The notes below the pieces were generated by a model. It saw only the letters and a list, made by a program, of their open reading frames with translations, did no database searches and was not told the DNA's origin. This document shows, one piece after another, positions 18,160 through 28,306 of a stretch of DNA of 64,000 bases (position 1 is its first letter; each line of letters begins with the position of its first letter). This DNA comes from an uncultured Actinomycetota bacterium (lineage in GTDB: Bacteria > Actinomycetota > Thermoleophilia > Solirubrobacterales > Solirubrobacteraceae): contig CAWBNT010000001.1 of NCBI GenBank assembly GCA_963790265.1, forward strand, positions 1,928,503-1,992,502, given 5' to 3'. A program made the translations under genes and the position numbers.

Positions 18160-18591
18160 TCAGTGCATTACGAGCGCGGTCGCGCCCCTGATCTCGACGA
18201 CCTGGACCTGCTCGCCGGGATCGATCACCTCATCGTCGTCATAGCTGCGCGCGGTCCACACCTCGCCACCGATCTTCACGCATCCGACGCCGTCGTGGTT
18301 GGCGATCCGCTCCAGCACGATCGCGTCACGGCCCACAAGCGCCGCGGCACCGGTCCTCACCGCCGGCGGCAGCCGCCTGTGCCTGACAGCAAGCGGGCGC
18401 AGCATCGCAAGCACCAGCAGCGAGACCAGCACGAACACGATCAGGCTGGCCGCCGCCCCCGCACCGGCGAAGCCCAGTACCGCACCGATCAGCGCGCCGA
18501 TCGCGAACGGCCCGAGGAAGAAGCCGCCCGTGTGCATCTCTCCCATACCGAGCAGGCACGCTGCCACAAGGAGGACAATCGCTGCACCCAT
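18160..18591 (-). CDS. NfeD-family membrane protein
   Basis: Hydrophobic N-terminus, VKIGGEVWTAR, VVEIRGATALV; adjacent to SPFH. Confidence 0.9.
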   Translation of the reverse strand: MGAAIVLLVAACLLGMGEMHTGGFFLGPFAIGALIGAVLGFAGAGAAASLIVFVLVSLLVLAMLRPLAVRHRRLPPAVRTGAAALVGRDAIVLERIANHDGVGCVKIGGEVWTARSYDDDEVIDPGEQVQVVEIRGATALVMH

Positions 18592-18615
18592 AGCACCGAT
18601 TATCGCACCGCGCGC

Positions 18616-19602
18616 TCACTCAGCCGTTATCAGGGCGCGCGCGAACTCATCGGGGTCGAAGGGCCGCAGATCCTCGAGCGACTCGCCCACCCCGATCAGC
18701 TTCACCGGCAGCCCCAGCTCGCGCGCGATCGCCAGCGCGATCCCGCCGCGCGCGGTGCCGTCGAGCTTTGTCAGCACGACTCCGCCGATCGGGATCGTCT
18801 CCGCGAACATCTTGGCCTGCCGCAGGCCGTTTTGGCCGGTGGTCGCGTCGATCGTCAGCAGCGTCTCGTGCGGCGCGCCGGCAAGCTGCCGTGAGATCAC
18901 CCTGCCCACCTTGCCGAGCTCGCCCATCAGGTCGGCCTTGTTGTGCAGGCGCCCGGCGGTGTCGACGATCGCCACGTCGAAGCCCTGCGACTGCGCCGCC
19001 GAGATCGTCTCGAAGGCCACCGCACCGGGGTCCGACCCCTCGGGCCCGGTGACGATCTCACAGCCCGCCCGCTGCGCCCAGCCCGTAAGCTGCTCGCTGG
19101 CCGCCGCCCTGAAGGTGTCCGCGGCGCCGAGCAGCACCGTCTTGCCAAGCTCGCGCTGCAGATGCCAGGCGAGCTTGCCGATCGTGGTCGTCTTGCCGGT
19201 GCCGTTGACCCCGACGGCCATGATCACGGTCGGCTGGGGCCTGATGTCGATCGTGCCCTCCCCCACCATCGCGGTGCTCGCCAGCAGCGCGATCAAGCGC
19301 TCGGAGAGCTCCTGCCCGCTCTGCAGGCGCCCCTCGCCCGCTTCGCGCTCCAGCTCCTCAACGACCGCCGCGGTGGTGGCGACCCCCACGTCGGCCATGA
19401 TCAGAGCCTCCTCCAGGCGTTCCCAGGTGTGCTCGTCGAGGCTCTGGAACAACGTCGCCTGGATCTCGCCCGAGAGTGCCTGCCTGGTCTTGGAGAGGCT
19501 CTGACGCAGGCGCCGCAGGAAGCCGCCGCGCTGCTCGAGGTCGGGCTCGAGCGCCGGCTCGCCGTCGGCGGTGATGAAGAGGTCGCTCCACTGACGTGCC
19601 AT
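18616..19602 (-). CDS. ftsY: SRP receptor FtsY
   Basis: GVNGTGKTTTIGKLA, DTFRAAA, DTAGRL, TKLDGTARGG. Confidence 0.97.
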   Translation of the reverse strand: MARQWSDLFITADGEPALEPDLEQRGGFLRRLRQSLSKTRQALSGEIQATLFQSLDEHTWERLEEALIMADVGVATTAAVVEELEREAGEGRLQSGQELSERLIALLASTAMVGEGTIDIRPQPTVIMAVGVNGTGKTTTIGKLAWHLQRELGKTVLLGAADTFRAAASEQLTGWAQRAGCEIVTGPEGSDPGAVAFETISAAQSQGFDVAIVDTAGRLHNKADLMGELGKVGRVISRQLAGAPHETLLTIDATTGQNGLRQAKMFAETIPIGGVVLTKLDGTARGGIALAIARELGLPVKLIGVGESLEDLRPFDPDEFARALITAE

Positions 19603-19652
19603 CGGCGGGCGAGACTATCTCAGGCGGCGGCCGAGGCCGAAGGGGGCGGCTC

Positions 19653-22600
19653 TCAGGCGGCCTCGAGCTTCGGCGCCGGCGGCGGATCGGTCTCGGCCTC
19701 GGCCGGCGGCAGCCGGCGCGAGATCACCTTCGAGACCCCGTCGCCGCCCATCGAGACGCCGTAGAGCCAGTCCGCCGCCTCCATCGTGCGCTTCTGGTGG
19801 GTGATCACGATGAACTGCGCCCTGTCGGCGTAGCGGCGCAGCAGCCCGAGGAACCGGTCGAGGTTGAGGTCGTCCAGCGCGGCCTCGACCTCGTCGAGGA
19901 TGTAGAACGGGCACGGCTTGGCGAGGAACACCGCGAACAGGAACGCCAGCGCGGTCATCGACTTCTCCCCGCCTGAGAGCAGCGAGAGGCGCTTGGCGGA
20001 CTTGCCGGCGGGCGTTATCTCTATCTCGACGCCCTCGAGCGCATCCTGACCCGAGCCTGTCTGCTCGTCCTGCTCATGCTCGCTGACGCTCGCCTCGGCG
20101 TCCGCCCGTGCCTCTGCGGCCTCGCCGTCGGCCGGCGCCTGGCCGCCCAGCACCGGCTTTGGCCCGGAGTCTTCGCTGACCAGGCGCAGACGGCCGCTGC
20201 CGCCGGGGAAGACCTCCTTGGCCAGCTCTTCGAAGTTGCGGGCCGCCGCGTCGAAGGTCTGCTGGAAGGTCTCCTGGATCTGGCGGTCGGTGTCGCGGAT
20301 CACCGTGCGCAGCTCGCGCAACGCGGTCTCCAGGTCGCCCCGACGCGCCTCGAGCTCCTCGACGTGGGCAAGCGCCTCCGCGTACTCCTCCTGAGCCAGT
20401 GGATTGACCGGTCCGAGCTGCTCGCGCCGGCGATGCAGACGCTGCAGCTGGCCCTGCAAAGCATGCTCCTCCTCAGCGTCGAGCGGCGTCGCGTCCTCCG
20501 GCGGGGGCTGCTCGATCTGCATCCCCTCCGCCACGGCAGCCAGCTCCTGCTCGATCTCCCCGACGGCATCGCGCAGACGCTGGGCGGCGACCTCGGCCGC
20601 GGTCACGGCCTCGCCTTCGCGTCGCAGCGCCGCATGTATCTCGGCCTCCTCGGCCGCGCAGGAGCGCAGCTCGGCGGCCATCTGCTCGCCGGCCTGGCTG
20701 TCGGCGGCAAGCAGCGCCTCGAGCTCGGCCAGGCACGCGGCCGTCGCCTCCCGCGCCTGCTCGATCCCACCCGCCAGGCGCTCTGCAGCCGGCAGCAGCT
20801 CCTCGTCGGCGGCGCGCTGGGCCTGCAGCGAGAGCATGCGGCCGGCCCGCTCCTGCCGTTCGCGCTCCAGCCGCTGCGCCTGACGGCGCTCTGCCGCCAG
20901 CTCGCCCTCCAGCTGAGCGCGGCGCACCGCAAGCGGCCCCTCCTGGGGCGATGAGCGTCGACGCTCGACCACCCACTTTGCACGGCGCTCTTCCTCGCGC
21001 GCCTCGCCGAGGGCGCGCTCTGCTTCGCGCAGCGTCCGCTCGGCGCTCTCGCGCCGGACATCGGCTTCGCGCACCACCGTGAGCGCCCGATCCACGGCCC
21101 CCTGGGCCAAGCTCTCGGCCTGCGCGGCCTGCTCGGTCGCGGCGATCAGCCCGTCGCGCTCGTTGCGCTTGGCCAGCACGCGCTCAGCACCGCCCTCGGC
21201 GACCTGACGCACCTCGCGCAGCTGGGAGAACCAGACGCGCCCGCCTCGGGTGACTGCGACGCCCTGGAAGGAATCGGGCAGCTCCTCCAGCCGCTCCACC
21301 AGCCATGCCTCTGAAAGCAGGCCGCGTGCGAGCGCGACAATCGGCCCGGGACCGCTCAGCGTCCGGGCAAGCGCACGCGCTTCCGCCGTGGGCGGATCGG
21401 CCTCCGGCAGCAAGTCCTCGCCGGCCGGGTCCTCCGTCTCCTCGGCGCCCGCAGCCGCAAGGGCCGCGGCCCCGCCGGCCAGCAGCGCGCTGCCGCCATC
21501 GGGACCGGCCGCGTCCAGCAGGCTGGTCGCGCCCGCCATGTCGCTCACGAGCGCCGCCTCCAGGCGCCCGCCGAGCGCCGCGGCGACCGCCAGCTCGCAG
21601 CCCTGCTCGACGCCGAGCAGCTCGCCGAGAGCCTTCACCGGGGACTCGCCCGCTCCTGCGACGCGGCGCGCCAGCGGATGGGAGTGACTGCGCAGGAACT
21701 GGTTGGCGGCCGCGAGCTCGGCGCCGACCTGGGCGGCGGCGCGGCGCGCGTCCTGCGCTTCGCGTTCGGCGCCCGAGAGCGCCTGGCGGGCGGACTCGGC
21801 CGCCGCGTCGGCATCGCCGCGCGCCGCACGCGCCTGCGTGGCCTGCTGCTCGAGCTCGGCGGTGCGCCGCTCGTGCTGCTCGCACTGCTGCGCAAGCTCG
21901 GCCAGCTCGCGCTCGAGCGCTTGCTCCTGCTCTGCCAGGAGCTGCGAGAGCTCCTGCTCGAGCGCCTCCAGGCGACCGGCGTCCTCATCATGCTCGTGCT
22001 CGGCCTCCATCACCGCCGAGAGCGCCCGCAGCTCGGCGGCGGCCTGCTCGATCCGCGCCGCGATCGCCTCGCCGGTCCTTGCCACCTGCTCGGCGCGCAT
22101 CTGCATCCGCTCGCGGGCCGAGCGGGCGCCGTAGAGGCGCCGCGAGAGCGCGTCGCGCTCAGAAGCGCGCTGCGCGAGCGCGCGTTCGGCCTCGCCACGA
22201 CGCGCCACCACGCCCTCCAGGCGCGACTGGATCACTGCCTGGGCCTCCCTTGCGGCGCGCACCTGCGATTCGGCAGCAGAGAGCTGCTCGCGCCTCACGC
22301 GCGCGGCCTCGCACGCCAGGCGCAGGCGGATTTCAAGGCTCTGGCGCTCCAGGCGCTCATGCAGCTCTGCGGCCTCGGCCTGGCGCTTGAGCGGGCGCAG
22401 GCGGCTGCGCGCCTCGCGCTCGACGTCGAGCGCCCGGTCGAGGTTCTCCTCGGTCTTGACGAGCTTCAGCTGCGCGCGGCGGCGGCGGCGGCGGTGCTTG
22501 CCAAGGCCTGCGGCCTCCTCGATCAAGAGCCGCCGCTCGCGCGGCTTGCTCATCACGATCGACTCCACCCGCCCCTGGGAGATGACCGAGTGGCTCTCCT

Positions 22601-23003
22601 TGCCAAGACCGGTGTCCGAGAGCGCCTCGATCACGTCCGCCAGGCGGCAGCGCGCGCCGTTCAGCCGGTATTCGCCTTCGCCGGAGCGGTCGAGGCGGCG
22701 CACGATCGATATCTCGCTGAAGGGCACTCTCACCGCGCCGTCAGAGTTGTCGAGCACGATCTCCACCTCGGCGGCGCTGCGTGCCTGGATTCCCCTACCG
22801 CCGCCGAAGATCACGTCCTGCATCGACTGCCCGCGGACCGCCAGCGGCGACTGCTCGCCCATCGCCCACAGCACCGCGTCGGTGACGTTGGACTTGCCCG
22901 AGCCGTTTGGCCCGACCACCACGCTCACGCCCGGCCCGAAGTCCAGGCGGGTGCGGTCGGGAAACGACTTGAAGCCCTTCAGGCTCAGCGAGCGCAGATG
23001 CAT
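19653..23003 (-). CDS. smc: Chromosome segregation ATPase SMC
   Basis: GFKSF, GPNGSGKSN, coiled coils, LGPVN, LSGGEK, ILDEVEAALD, FIVITH. Confidence 0.95.
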   Translation of the reverse strand: MHLRSLSLKGFKSFPDRTRLDFGPGVSVVVGPNGSGKSNVTDAVLWAMGEQSPLAVRGQSMQDVIFGGGRGIQARSAAEVEIVLDNSDGAVRVPFSEISIVRRLDRSGEGEYRLNGARCRLADVIEALSDTGLGKESHSVISQGRVESIVMSKPRERRLLIEEAAGLGKHRRRRRRAQLKLVKTEENLDRALDVEREARSRLRPLKRQAEAAELHERLERQSLEIRLRLACEAARVRREQLSAAESQVRAAREAQAVIQSRLEGVVARRGEAERALAQRASERDALSRRLYGARSARERMQMRAEQVARTGEAIAARIEQAAAELRALSAVMEAEHEHDEDAGRLEALEQELSQLLAEQEQALERELAELAQQCEQHERRTAELEQQATQARAARGDADAAAESARQALSGAEREAQDARRAAAQVGAELAAANQFLRSHSHPLARRVAGAGESPVKALGELLGVEQGCELAVAAALGGRLEAALVSDMAGATSLLDAAGPDGGSALLAGGAAALAAAGAEETEDPAGEDLLPEADPPTAEARALARTLSGPGPIVALARGLLSEAWLVERLEELPDSFQGVAVTRGGRVWFSQLREVRQVAEGGAERVLAKRNERDGLIAATEQAAQAESLAQGAVDRALTVVREADVRRESAERTLREAERALGEAREEERRAKWVVERRRSSPQEGPLAVRRAQLEGELAAERRQAQRLERERQERAGRMLSLQAQRAADEELLPAAERLAGGIEQAREATAACLAELEALLAADSQAGEQMAAELRSCAAEEAEIHAALRREGEAVTAAEVAAQRLRDAVGEIEQELAAVAEGMQIEQPPPEDATPLDAEEEHALQGQLQRLHRRREQLGPVNPLAQEEYAEALAHVEELEARRGDLETALRELRTVIRDTDRQIQETFQQTFDAAARNFEELAKEVFPGGSGRLRLVSEDSGPKPVLGGQAPADGEAAEARADAEASVSEHEQDEQTGSGQDALEGVEIEITPAGKSAKRLSLLSGGEKSMTALAFLFAVFLAKPCPFYILDEVEAALDDLNLDRFLGLLRRYADRAQFIVITHQKRTMEAADWLYGVSMGGDGVSKVISRRLPPAEAETDPPPAPKLEAA

Positions 23004-23032
23004 CGCTCAGGCCTCCTCTGGATGTTTGGCGC

Positions 23033-23785
23033 TCATTCCGATCGTGCCTCCTGCTGCCGCTCGACCGCCTGCCGCGCCGCATGCTGCTCGGCGAGCTTCT
23101 TGCTGCGTCCCCTGCCCTTGCCGATCACCTCGCCGGCGACGCTCGCGGCCACCTCGAAGATGCGGTCGTGGGGCGGCCCGGACTCCTCGACCACGGCGTA
23201 GCCGACGACCGCGCCGCGCTGGGCCAGCAGCTCCTGCAGCGCGGACTTGAAATCGACGGGGTGCTCGAGCGCCTGCTCGATCTCCGGCGCGAAGGCCTCC
23301 ACCACCGCCTCCGCGGTGCGCTCGTAGCCGCAGTTCAGGAAGCAGGCGCCGATCACCGCCTCGATCACCGAGGCCAGCACCCGCTCGGTGTTCAGCATCC
23401 CGGCTGCGCCGGACGCGAGCTCAGCCGGCGCAGCGGCACGCAGGCGCTCCGTGACCCCCAGCCGCTCGGCGACCGCGCGGCACGAGGGGCCCGAGACCGC
23501 CTGGGCCCTGATCTTCGTGAGCCGCCCCGCCCCGAACCGGTCAGCCTCCAGCCGCGGGTAGAGGTGCGAGGTCACGGCGAGCGCGAGCACGCTGTCGCCG
23601 AGGAAGGCGAGCCGATCGTATGAGGCGCCGCGCCGCTCGCTCCAGGAGGCGTGGGTGAAGACCTGGGTCGCGAGATCGGGTGGCAGCTCCTGCAGCAGCG
23701 CTTCCAGACTCGCAGGCGCCGGCAGCGGAGCGCCGGTGGTCTCTGTGCCCGCCTCTGAGGCTTCCTGCGACCCGCTAGGCCGCAT
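23033..23785 (-). CDS. rnc: Ribonuclease III
   Basis: FTHASW, RLAFLGDSVL, dsRBD DFKSALQE...GPPHDR...SKKLAEQ. Confidence 0.93.
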   Translation of the reverse strand: MRPSGSQEASEAGTETTGAPLPAPASLEALLQELPPDLATQVFTHASWSERRGASYDRLAFLGDSVLALAVTSHLYPRLEADRFGAGRLTKIRAQAVSGPSCRAVAERLGVTERLRAAAPAELASGAAGMLNTERVLASVIEAVIGACFLNCGYERTAEAVVEAFAPEIEQALEHPVDFKSALQELLAQRGAVVGYAVVEESGPPHDRIFEVAASVAGEVIGKGRGRSKKLAEQHAARQAVERQQEARSE

Positions 23786-24020
23786 GCGCGAGCACGAAGT
23801 CGACCGCCTGCCCGACCGTGAGGATCCTGCTCGCGTCCTCGTCGGAGATCTTGATCCCATAGTTGTCCTCGAGCTCCTGGACCAGGGTGTAAAGGTCGAG
23901 CGAGTCGGCCTCCAGGTCCTCCTTGAAGCGCGTGCCCTCCTCGATCCTCTCGGGATCGAGGTCGAGCTCGTCCGCGAGGTGGTCCCTGATCAGCTCCAGC
24001 ACCTGGTCCTTGGTCTTCAT
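23775..24020 (-). CDS. acpP: Acyl carrier protein
   Basis: DLEADSLD phosphopantetheine site. Confidence 0.96.
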   Translation of the reverse strand: MKTKDQVLELIRDHLADELDLDPERIEEGTRFKEDLEADSLDLYTLVQELEDNYGIKISDEDASRILTVGQAVDFVLAHAA

Positions 24021-25162
24021 TGCGCTGGCAGGCTAGCGTCCTGACCGGATGCGGAGGACTCCCGCCCGTTGGAAGAGGAGCTTGCAGGGACGACTCGCAA
24101 TGCGCCCGCCGCGTCCAGCGCGGCGTGGGTGCGATCGGCGATCCGCTCCCGCGCTCCGCGCTCCGCGCGCAGGATTGCCTCGGCGAATCCGTTCCTGCTG
24201 AACTTCCCATGCGGCACGACGCCTAGGCTGCGCAGCCCCAGCAGGTAGGCGCCGCCCTGGCCCTCGGGGTCGATCTGCTCGGCAAACGCGCGCAGCGAAG
24301 GCAGCATCAGAGCGCCGCCGAGCTTGCTCATCAGCGAGCTGCCCGCCGCCTCGCGCACCGCGCCGAGCACCGTCGAGGAGACCCCCTCGATCAGCTTCAA
24401 GGCGATGTTGCCCGTGAAGCCGTCGGTGACGATCACCTCGGCGGTTCCCGAGAGCACCTCGCCGCCCTCGAGGTTGCCGACGAAATCAAAGGGCGCCGCC
24501 GCGGCGCGCTCTGCCAGCTCCGCGTGCGCCTCCTGCACCAGGGCGTTGCCGCGCTCGCGCTCGGCCCCATTGGAGAGCAGCGCGACGCGCGGGCGCTGCA
24601 CGCCGAACACGCTGCTCGTAAGCGCCGCGCCCATGAAGGCGAACTGAACCAGATGCTCACGCCTGGCCTCGGCGTTTGCGCCCACGTCCAGCAGCGTCAC
24701 GGTCCCGCCCGGCACCGGTAGCGGCAGTGCAAGCGCCGGCCGGTGGATGCCCTTGGCACGCTTGATGTTGAAGAGGCCCGCTGCCAGCGCTGCACCCGTG
24801 CCGCCGGCGCAGACCAGCGCGTCGGCGCGCCCCTGCGCCACCGCACGGGCGGCCTGTACGATCGAGGCCTGCGGCGTGGAGCGAGCCGCCTTGGCTGGAT
24901 CGGCGCTCTTTGCGATCGAGATCGGAGCATCGACCAGCTCGACGCCGGCCGGCGTCGCTCCGATCTCCCCCGCGGGGCCAAACAACAGCACCCGGGCTCC
25001 CCGCTGAGCCGCAATCGCGGCGCCGGCGGCCACCTCGGAAGGACCGAGGTCGGCGCCGTTCGCGTCGACGGCGATCACAGGCGCCTGCGGGCACACGGCA
25101 TCCTCGCCCGCAGCCTGCTGCCCGTCTGCGCCGCTCTCGGCACGGACGGTCACCTCGCTCAC
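24017..25162 (-). CDS. plsX: Phosphate acyltransferase PlsX
   Basis: IAVDANGAD, LLDVGAN, FVGNLEG, VTDGFTGNIALK. Confidence 0.94.
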   Translation of the reverse strand: MSEVTVRAESGADGQQAAGEDAVCPQAPVIAVDANGADLGPSEVAAGAAIAAQRGARVLLFGPAGEIGATPAGVELVDAPISIAKSADPAKAARSTPQASIVQAARAVAQGRADALVCAGGTGAALAAGLFNIKRAKGIHRPALALPLPVPGGTVTLLDVGANAEARREHLVQFAFMGAALTSSVFGVQRPRVALLSNGAERERGNALVQEAHAELAERAAAAPFDFVGNLEGGEVLSGTAEVIVTDGFTGNIALKLIEGVSSTVLGAVREAAGSSLMSKLGGALMLPSLRAFAEQIDPEGQGGAYLLGLRSLGVVPHGKFSRNGFAEAILRAERGARERIADRTHAALDAAGALRVVPASSSSNGRESSASGQDASLPAQ

Positions 25163-25165
25163 CGG

Positions 25166-25372
25166 CTAGAGATCGTCGTCGTGATCGTGCTCGTGCACGC
25201 TCTGCGCCAGGACCTCGCGGCCCGCGTAGGTGCCGCAGATCGGGCAGACGCGGTGGGGCCGGCGCGGGCTGTGACAGCGCGGGCACTCGTTCACGGTCGG
25301 GGCAGAGATGCGGTGCTGGGCACGCCGCGTGGCGGTGCGCGTATGCGACTGCTTTTTCTTCGGGACGGCCAT
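25166..25372 (-). CDS. rpmF: 50S ribosomal protein L32
   Basis: MAVPKKKQS, CPRC...HRVCPICG.Y.GR. Confidence 0.96.
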   Translation of the reverse strand: MAVPKKKQSHTRTATRRAQHRISAPTVNECPRCHSPRRPHRVCPICGTYAGREVLAQSVHEHDHDDDL

Positions 25373-25422
25373 GGTCGCTGAAGGCTAGCGTAACCGGAGC
25401 CCTACGGCCGGTGCGGGGGGCC

Positions 25423-25941
25423 TCATTCCAGCTCCAGCTCGCGCAGCTTCGCCCAGCGAGGGTCGGGCGCGCTCTCGTGGGAGTGCTCCGGTCCGATCTC
25501 GTTCAGATCGACCGCGCAGACCGCACACAGGCCCATGCAGTCCTCGCGGCAGAGCACTGCCACAGGCGCCGCGAGCACGAACGCATCCCTGGCCCAGGCC
25601 GCGAGATCGAGCGTCTCCTCTTGCACGTATGGGCTGTCGAGGTCGCCCTCGCCGCCCGGCACCTCGACCTCGCGCGCGTCGATCTGCAACACCGGCTGGG
25701 CGTCCTTCAGGCAGCGCATGCAGGGCCCCGAGAGCGCCGCCTCGAAGGAGATCCGCAGCGCATAGCCCTGGCCCGCCATCCGCGAGACTTCAAGCATCAG
25801 CGGCACCGCCGCGGGCTCCACCGCGTACTCCTGCCCGCCCAGGGCGATCCCCTCCAGCGGCACGAGCAGATCCAGGCGCCGGCCCTGCCCTGTGCGCAGG
25901 TGCAGGCTTGCGAGGTCGTAGAGATGGGTGAGCGGAGCCAT
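25423..25941 (-). CDS. DUF177/YceD family protein
   Basis: CMRCL, LCREDCMGLC..C, DPRWAKL; upstream of rpmF. Confidence 0.92.
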   Translation of the reverse strand: MAPLTHLYDLASLHLRTGQGRRLDLLVPLEGIALGGQEYAVEPAAVPLMLEVSRMAGQGYALRISFEAALSGPCMRCLKDAQPVLQIDAREVEVPGGEGDLDSPYVQEETLDLAAWARDAFVLAAPVAVLCREDCMGLCAVCAVDLNEIGPEHSHESAPDPRWAKLRELELE

Positions 25942-26020
25942 GATCTGCAGGCTAGCGGCGCACACGAGCGAGTCGGCGCGGGCGGGCCCGGAGACGGGCG
26001 CAAGCGCCTGAGAACGGGTC

Positions 26021-27631
26021 CTACTGCGTCGCGGCCAGCTCGCGCTTGAGGATCTTACCCGTGGAGTTGCGCGGCAGCTGCTCCACGAAGACGACCTCGC
26101 GCGGCACCTTGTAGCGGGCGAGGTTCTGCTTGACGTATGCCTGGATCTGCTCCGCGGTCAGGCTCGCGCCCTGCCGCAGGACCACGAAGGCCTTCAGGCG
26201 CTGCCCGAACTCGGCGTCCTGCACGCCGATCACCGCCGCCTCCTCGATCCCCGGGTGGTCGGCGAGCAGGTCCTCGATCTCGCGCGGGAAGACGTTCTCG
26301 CCGCCGGAGACGATCATCTCGTCGTCGCGGCCCTCCACGAAGAGGCGACCCTGCGCATCGAGCCGGCCCACGTCGCCAGTGCTCATCAGGCCGGAGACGA
26401 TCTCCTTGTTGCCGCCGCCGGTGTAGCCCTCGAAGACCATCTCATTGGCCACGAAGATTCGGCCCGTCTGGCCCTTCGGCACCTCGCGACCGCTCTCGTC
26501 GAGCAGCTTGACGACGGTCCCGAGCGGCGGCGTGCCGGCGGTTCCCGGCGCGGCGCGCAGTTCGGCGGGGGTGGCGATCGTCGCCCAGGCGACCTCGGTC
26601 GAGCCGTAGAGGTTGTAGAGCACGTCGCCGAAGGCGTCCATTGCCCTGATCGCAAGCTCGCCCGGCAGCGCCGAGCCGCTGGCGGCGATCACGCGCAGGC
26701 AGCTGACGTCATAGCGGGCGAGCACCTCGGCGGGTAGCTCCAGCATCCGCTGCAGCATCACCGGCACGACGGCCAGGGCGCTGGCGCTGTGCTCCGCGAC
26801 CGCGCGCAGGGTCTCCTCCGGGTCGAAGCGGCGCCGCAGCACGAGCGTCGATGCCAGGGGCAGAGCGAGCGTGAAGTGGGCGTAGCCCCAGGAGTGGAAC
26901 ATTGGCGCGGCGATCACCGTGCTCTGGCGGGCCTTCAGCGGGATCTTTGAGAACAGCGCCGCGGCCGGCTCCAGCGAGTCGGGCTGTTTCCTGGCCGCGC
27001 CCTTCGGCGAGCCCGTCGTGCCGGAGGTAAGAATCACGAATCGCCCGCTCTCCGTCGGCGGCGTCAGGTCCGCGTCGCTGGACGCGGCGATGGCCTGCTC
27101 GAGCGTCGGGTCCTCCGAGCTCTCCCCCGGATCGCACCAGGACACCAAGCGCTTGCGTCCCACGCCGCCCTCGCGCACGAGCTCTGTGAACTCCTGGTCG
27201 TAGATCAGGCCCTTGGGGTCCTCCCTGCGCATCACGTCCGCGATCTGCGGTCCCGCGAAAGCGGTGTTCAGATAGAGCGCGCCGACGCCCAGCTTCGAGC
27301 ACGCGATGGTCGCCTCGATGAAGCCGCGATGGTTGCGGCACATGATCGCCACGGAATCCCCTTCGCGGATGCCCTCCGCGGCAAGCCCGCGCGCGAGCGC
27401 GTTGCTGCGCCGGTGCACCTGCTCGAAGGTGAGCGCCCCGCGATCGTCTACGATCGCGAGCCGCTGCGGATAGCGTGCGGCCGAACCGGTGTAGGCGGCC
27501 GCAGGCGTCGGCCCCCAGCGCCTGAGCGCCGCGATCGCTCTCGCCGCCCTGTCGGGGCGGGTGGGCGCGATCATCCCGGTGCCGAGGAGGACCCGCGCCA
27601 CCTCGAGCCTGTGCCTCACCTGCGAGCTCAC
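26021..27631 (-). CDS. Acyl-CoA synthetase (AMP-binding FadD-like)
   Basis: ILTSGTTGSPKG, YGSTE, TGD, GRDDEMIVSGGENV, LPRNSTGK; TAGGGT box 7 nt before the GTG. Confidence 0.93.
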   Translation of the reverse strand: MSSQVRHRLEVARVLLGTGMIAPTRPDRAARAIAALRRWGPTPAAAYTGSAARYPQRLAIVDDRGALTFEQVHRRSNALARGLAAEGIREGDSVAIMCRNHRGFIEATIACSKLGVGALYLNTAFAGPQIADVMRREDPKGLIYDQEFTELVREGGVGRKRLVSWCDPGESSEDPTLEQAIAASSDADLTPPTESGRFVILTSGTTGSPKGAARKQPDSLEPAAALFSKIPLKARQSTVIAAPMFHSWGYAHFTLALPLASTLVLRRRFDPEETLRAVAEHSASALAVVPVMLQRMLELPAEVLARYDVSCLRVIAASGSALPGELAIRAMDAFGDVLYNLYGSTEVAWATIATPAELRAAPGTAGTPPLGTVVKLLDESGREVPKGQTGRIFVANEMVFEGYTGGGNKEIVSGLMSTGDVGRLDAQGRLFVEGRDDEMIVSGGENVFPREIEDLLADHPGIEEAAVIGVQDAEFGQRLKAFVVLRQGASLTAEQIQAYVKQNLARYKVPREVVFVEQLPRNSTGKILKRELAATQ

Positions 27632-27741
27632 GGGCGTGACCCTACCCGATAACGACCGCAATCAGGATCATGGGCGTGTTGCATGTCACACGTCCATGTT
27701 GGGTACCGACCGGCGCATGCGCCGGCTGGAACCACACCCGT

Positions 27742-28206
27742 CTAGGAGACTTCTGCCGGCTCGTCCTTCCCGGCCAGGCGCTCGCGCCCGCGCTGCACCG
27801 CGGCGATGAACTTCGAGAGGTTGACCTCCAGGGTGCCGAGGATCTCGTCGGCGTAGTCCTCTGCGCCCAGGCGGATCTCGCGCTCGCGCCCGCGGGCGTC
27901 CTCGACGATGTCCTCCGCGGCGCGTTCGGCCTGCTTTGTGACCTCCTCCTCGCTGAGCAGCCGCTCCTGGCGCTCGCGGGCCTCGGTCAGGATCCGCTCG
28001 GCCTCGCGCTTGGCCTCGGCCAGCATCTCCTGGCGCTCCTTGACGATCCAGCGCGCCTGCTTGATCTCCTCGGGGATCGTCGCGCGCATCTGGTCGAGGA
28101 GGTCGTAGATCTCCTCCTTGTCCACGCGCACCTGGTCGGTGAGCGGGACGGGCTTTGCGTTGTGGACCAGGTCGTCGAGCTTGTCGATCAGGACGAGGAC
28201 ATCCAT
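27742..28206 (-). CDS. Conserved coiled-coil protein (ATP synthase b/DivIVA-like, SepIVA-like)
   Basis: MDVLVLIDKLDDLV..AK.VPLT, PEEIKQARWI, GAEDYADE; the usual coaD neighbour. Confidence 0.8.
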   Translation of the reverse strand: MDVLVLIDKLDDLVHNAKPVPLTDQVRVDKEEIYDLLDQMRATIPEEIKQARWIVKERQEMLAEAKREAERILTEARERQERLLSEEEVTKQAERAAEDIVEDARGREREIRLGAEDYADEILGTLEVNLSKFIAAVQRGRERLAGKDEPAEVS

Positions 28207-28306
28207 GCTCAGGTCACCTCCGCGGTGACTGGGCGCCGGTGGCCGGCGCGGGTTCTGTCGAAGGGAAAAGTCGCATTTCGCATTTGGAGTGCTTCGGTTT
28301 GGTTCG

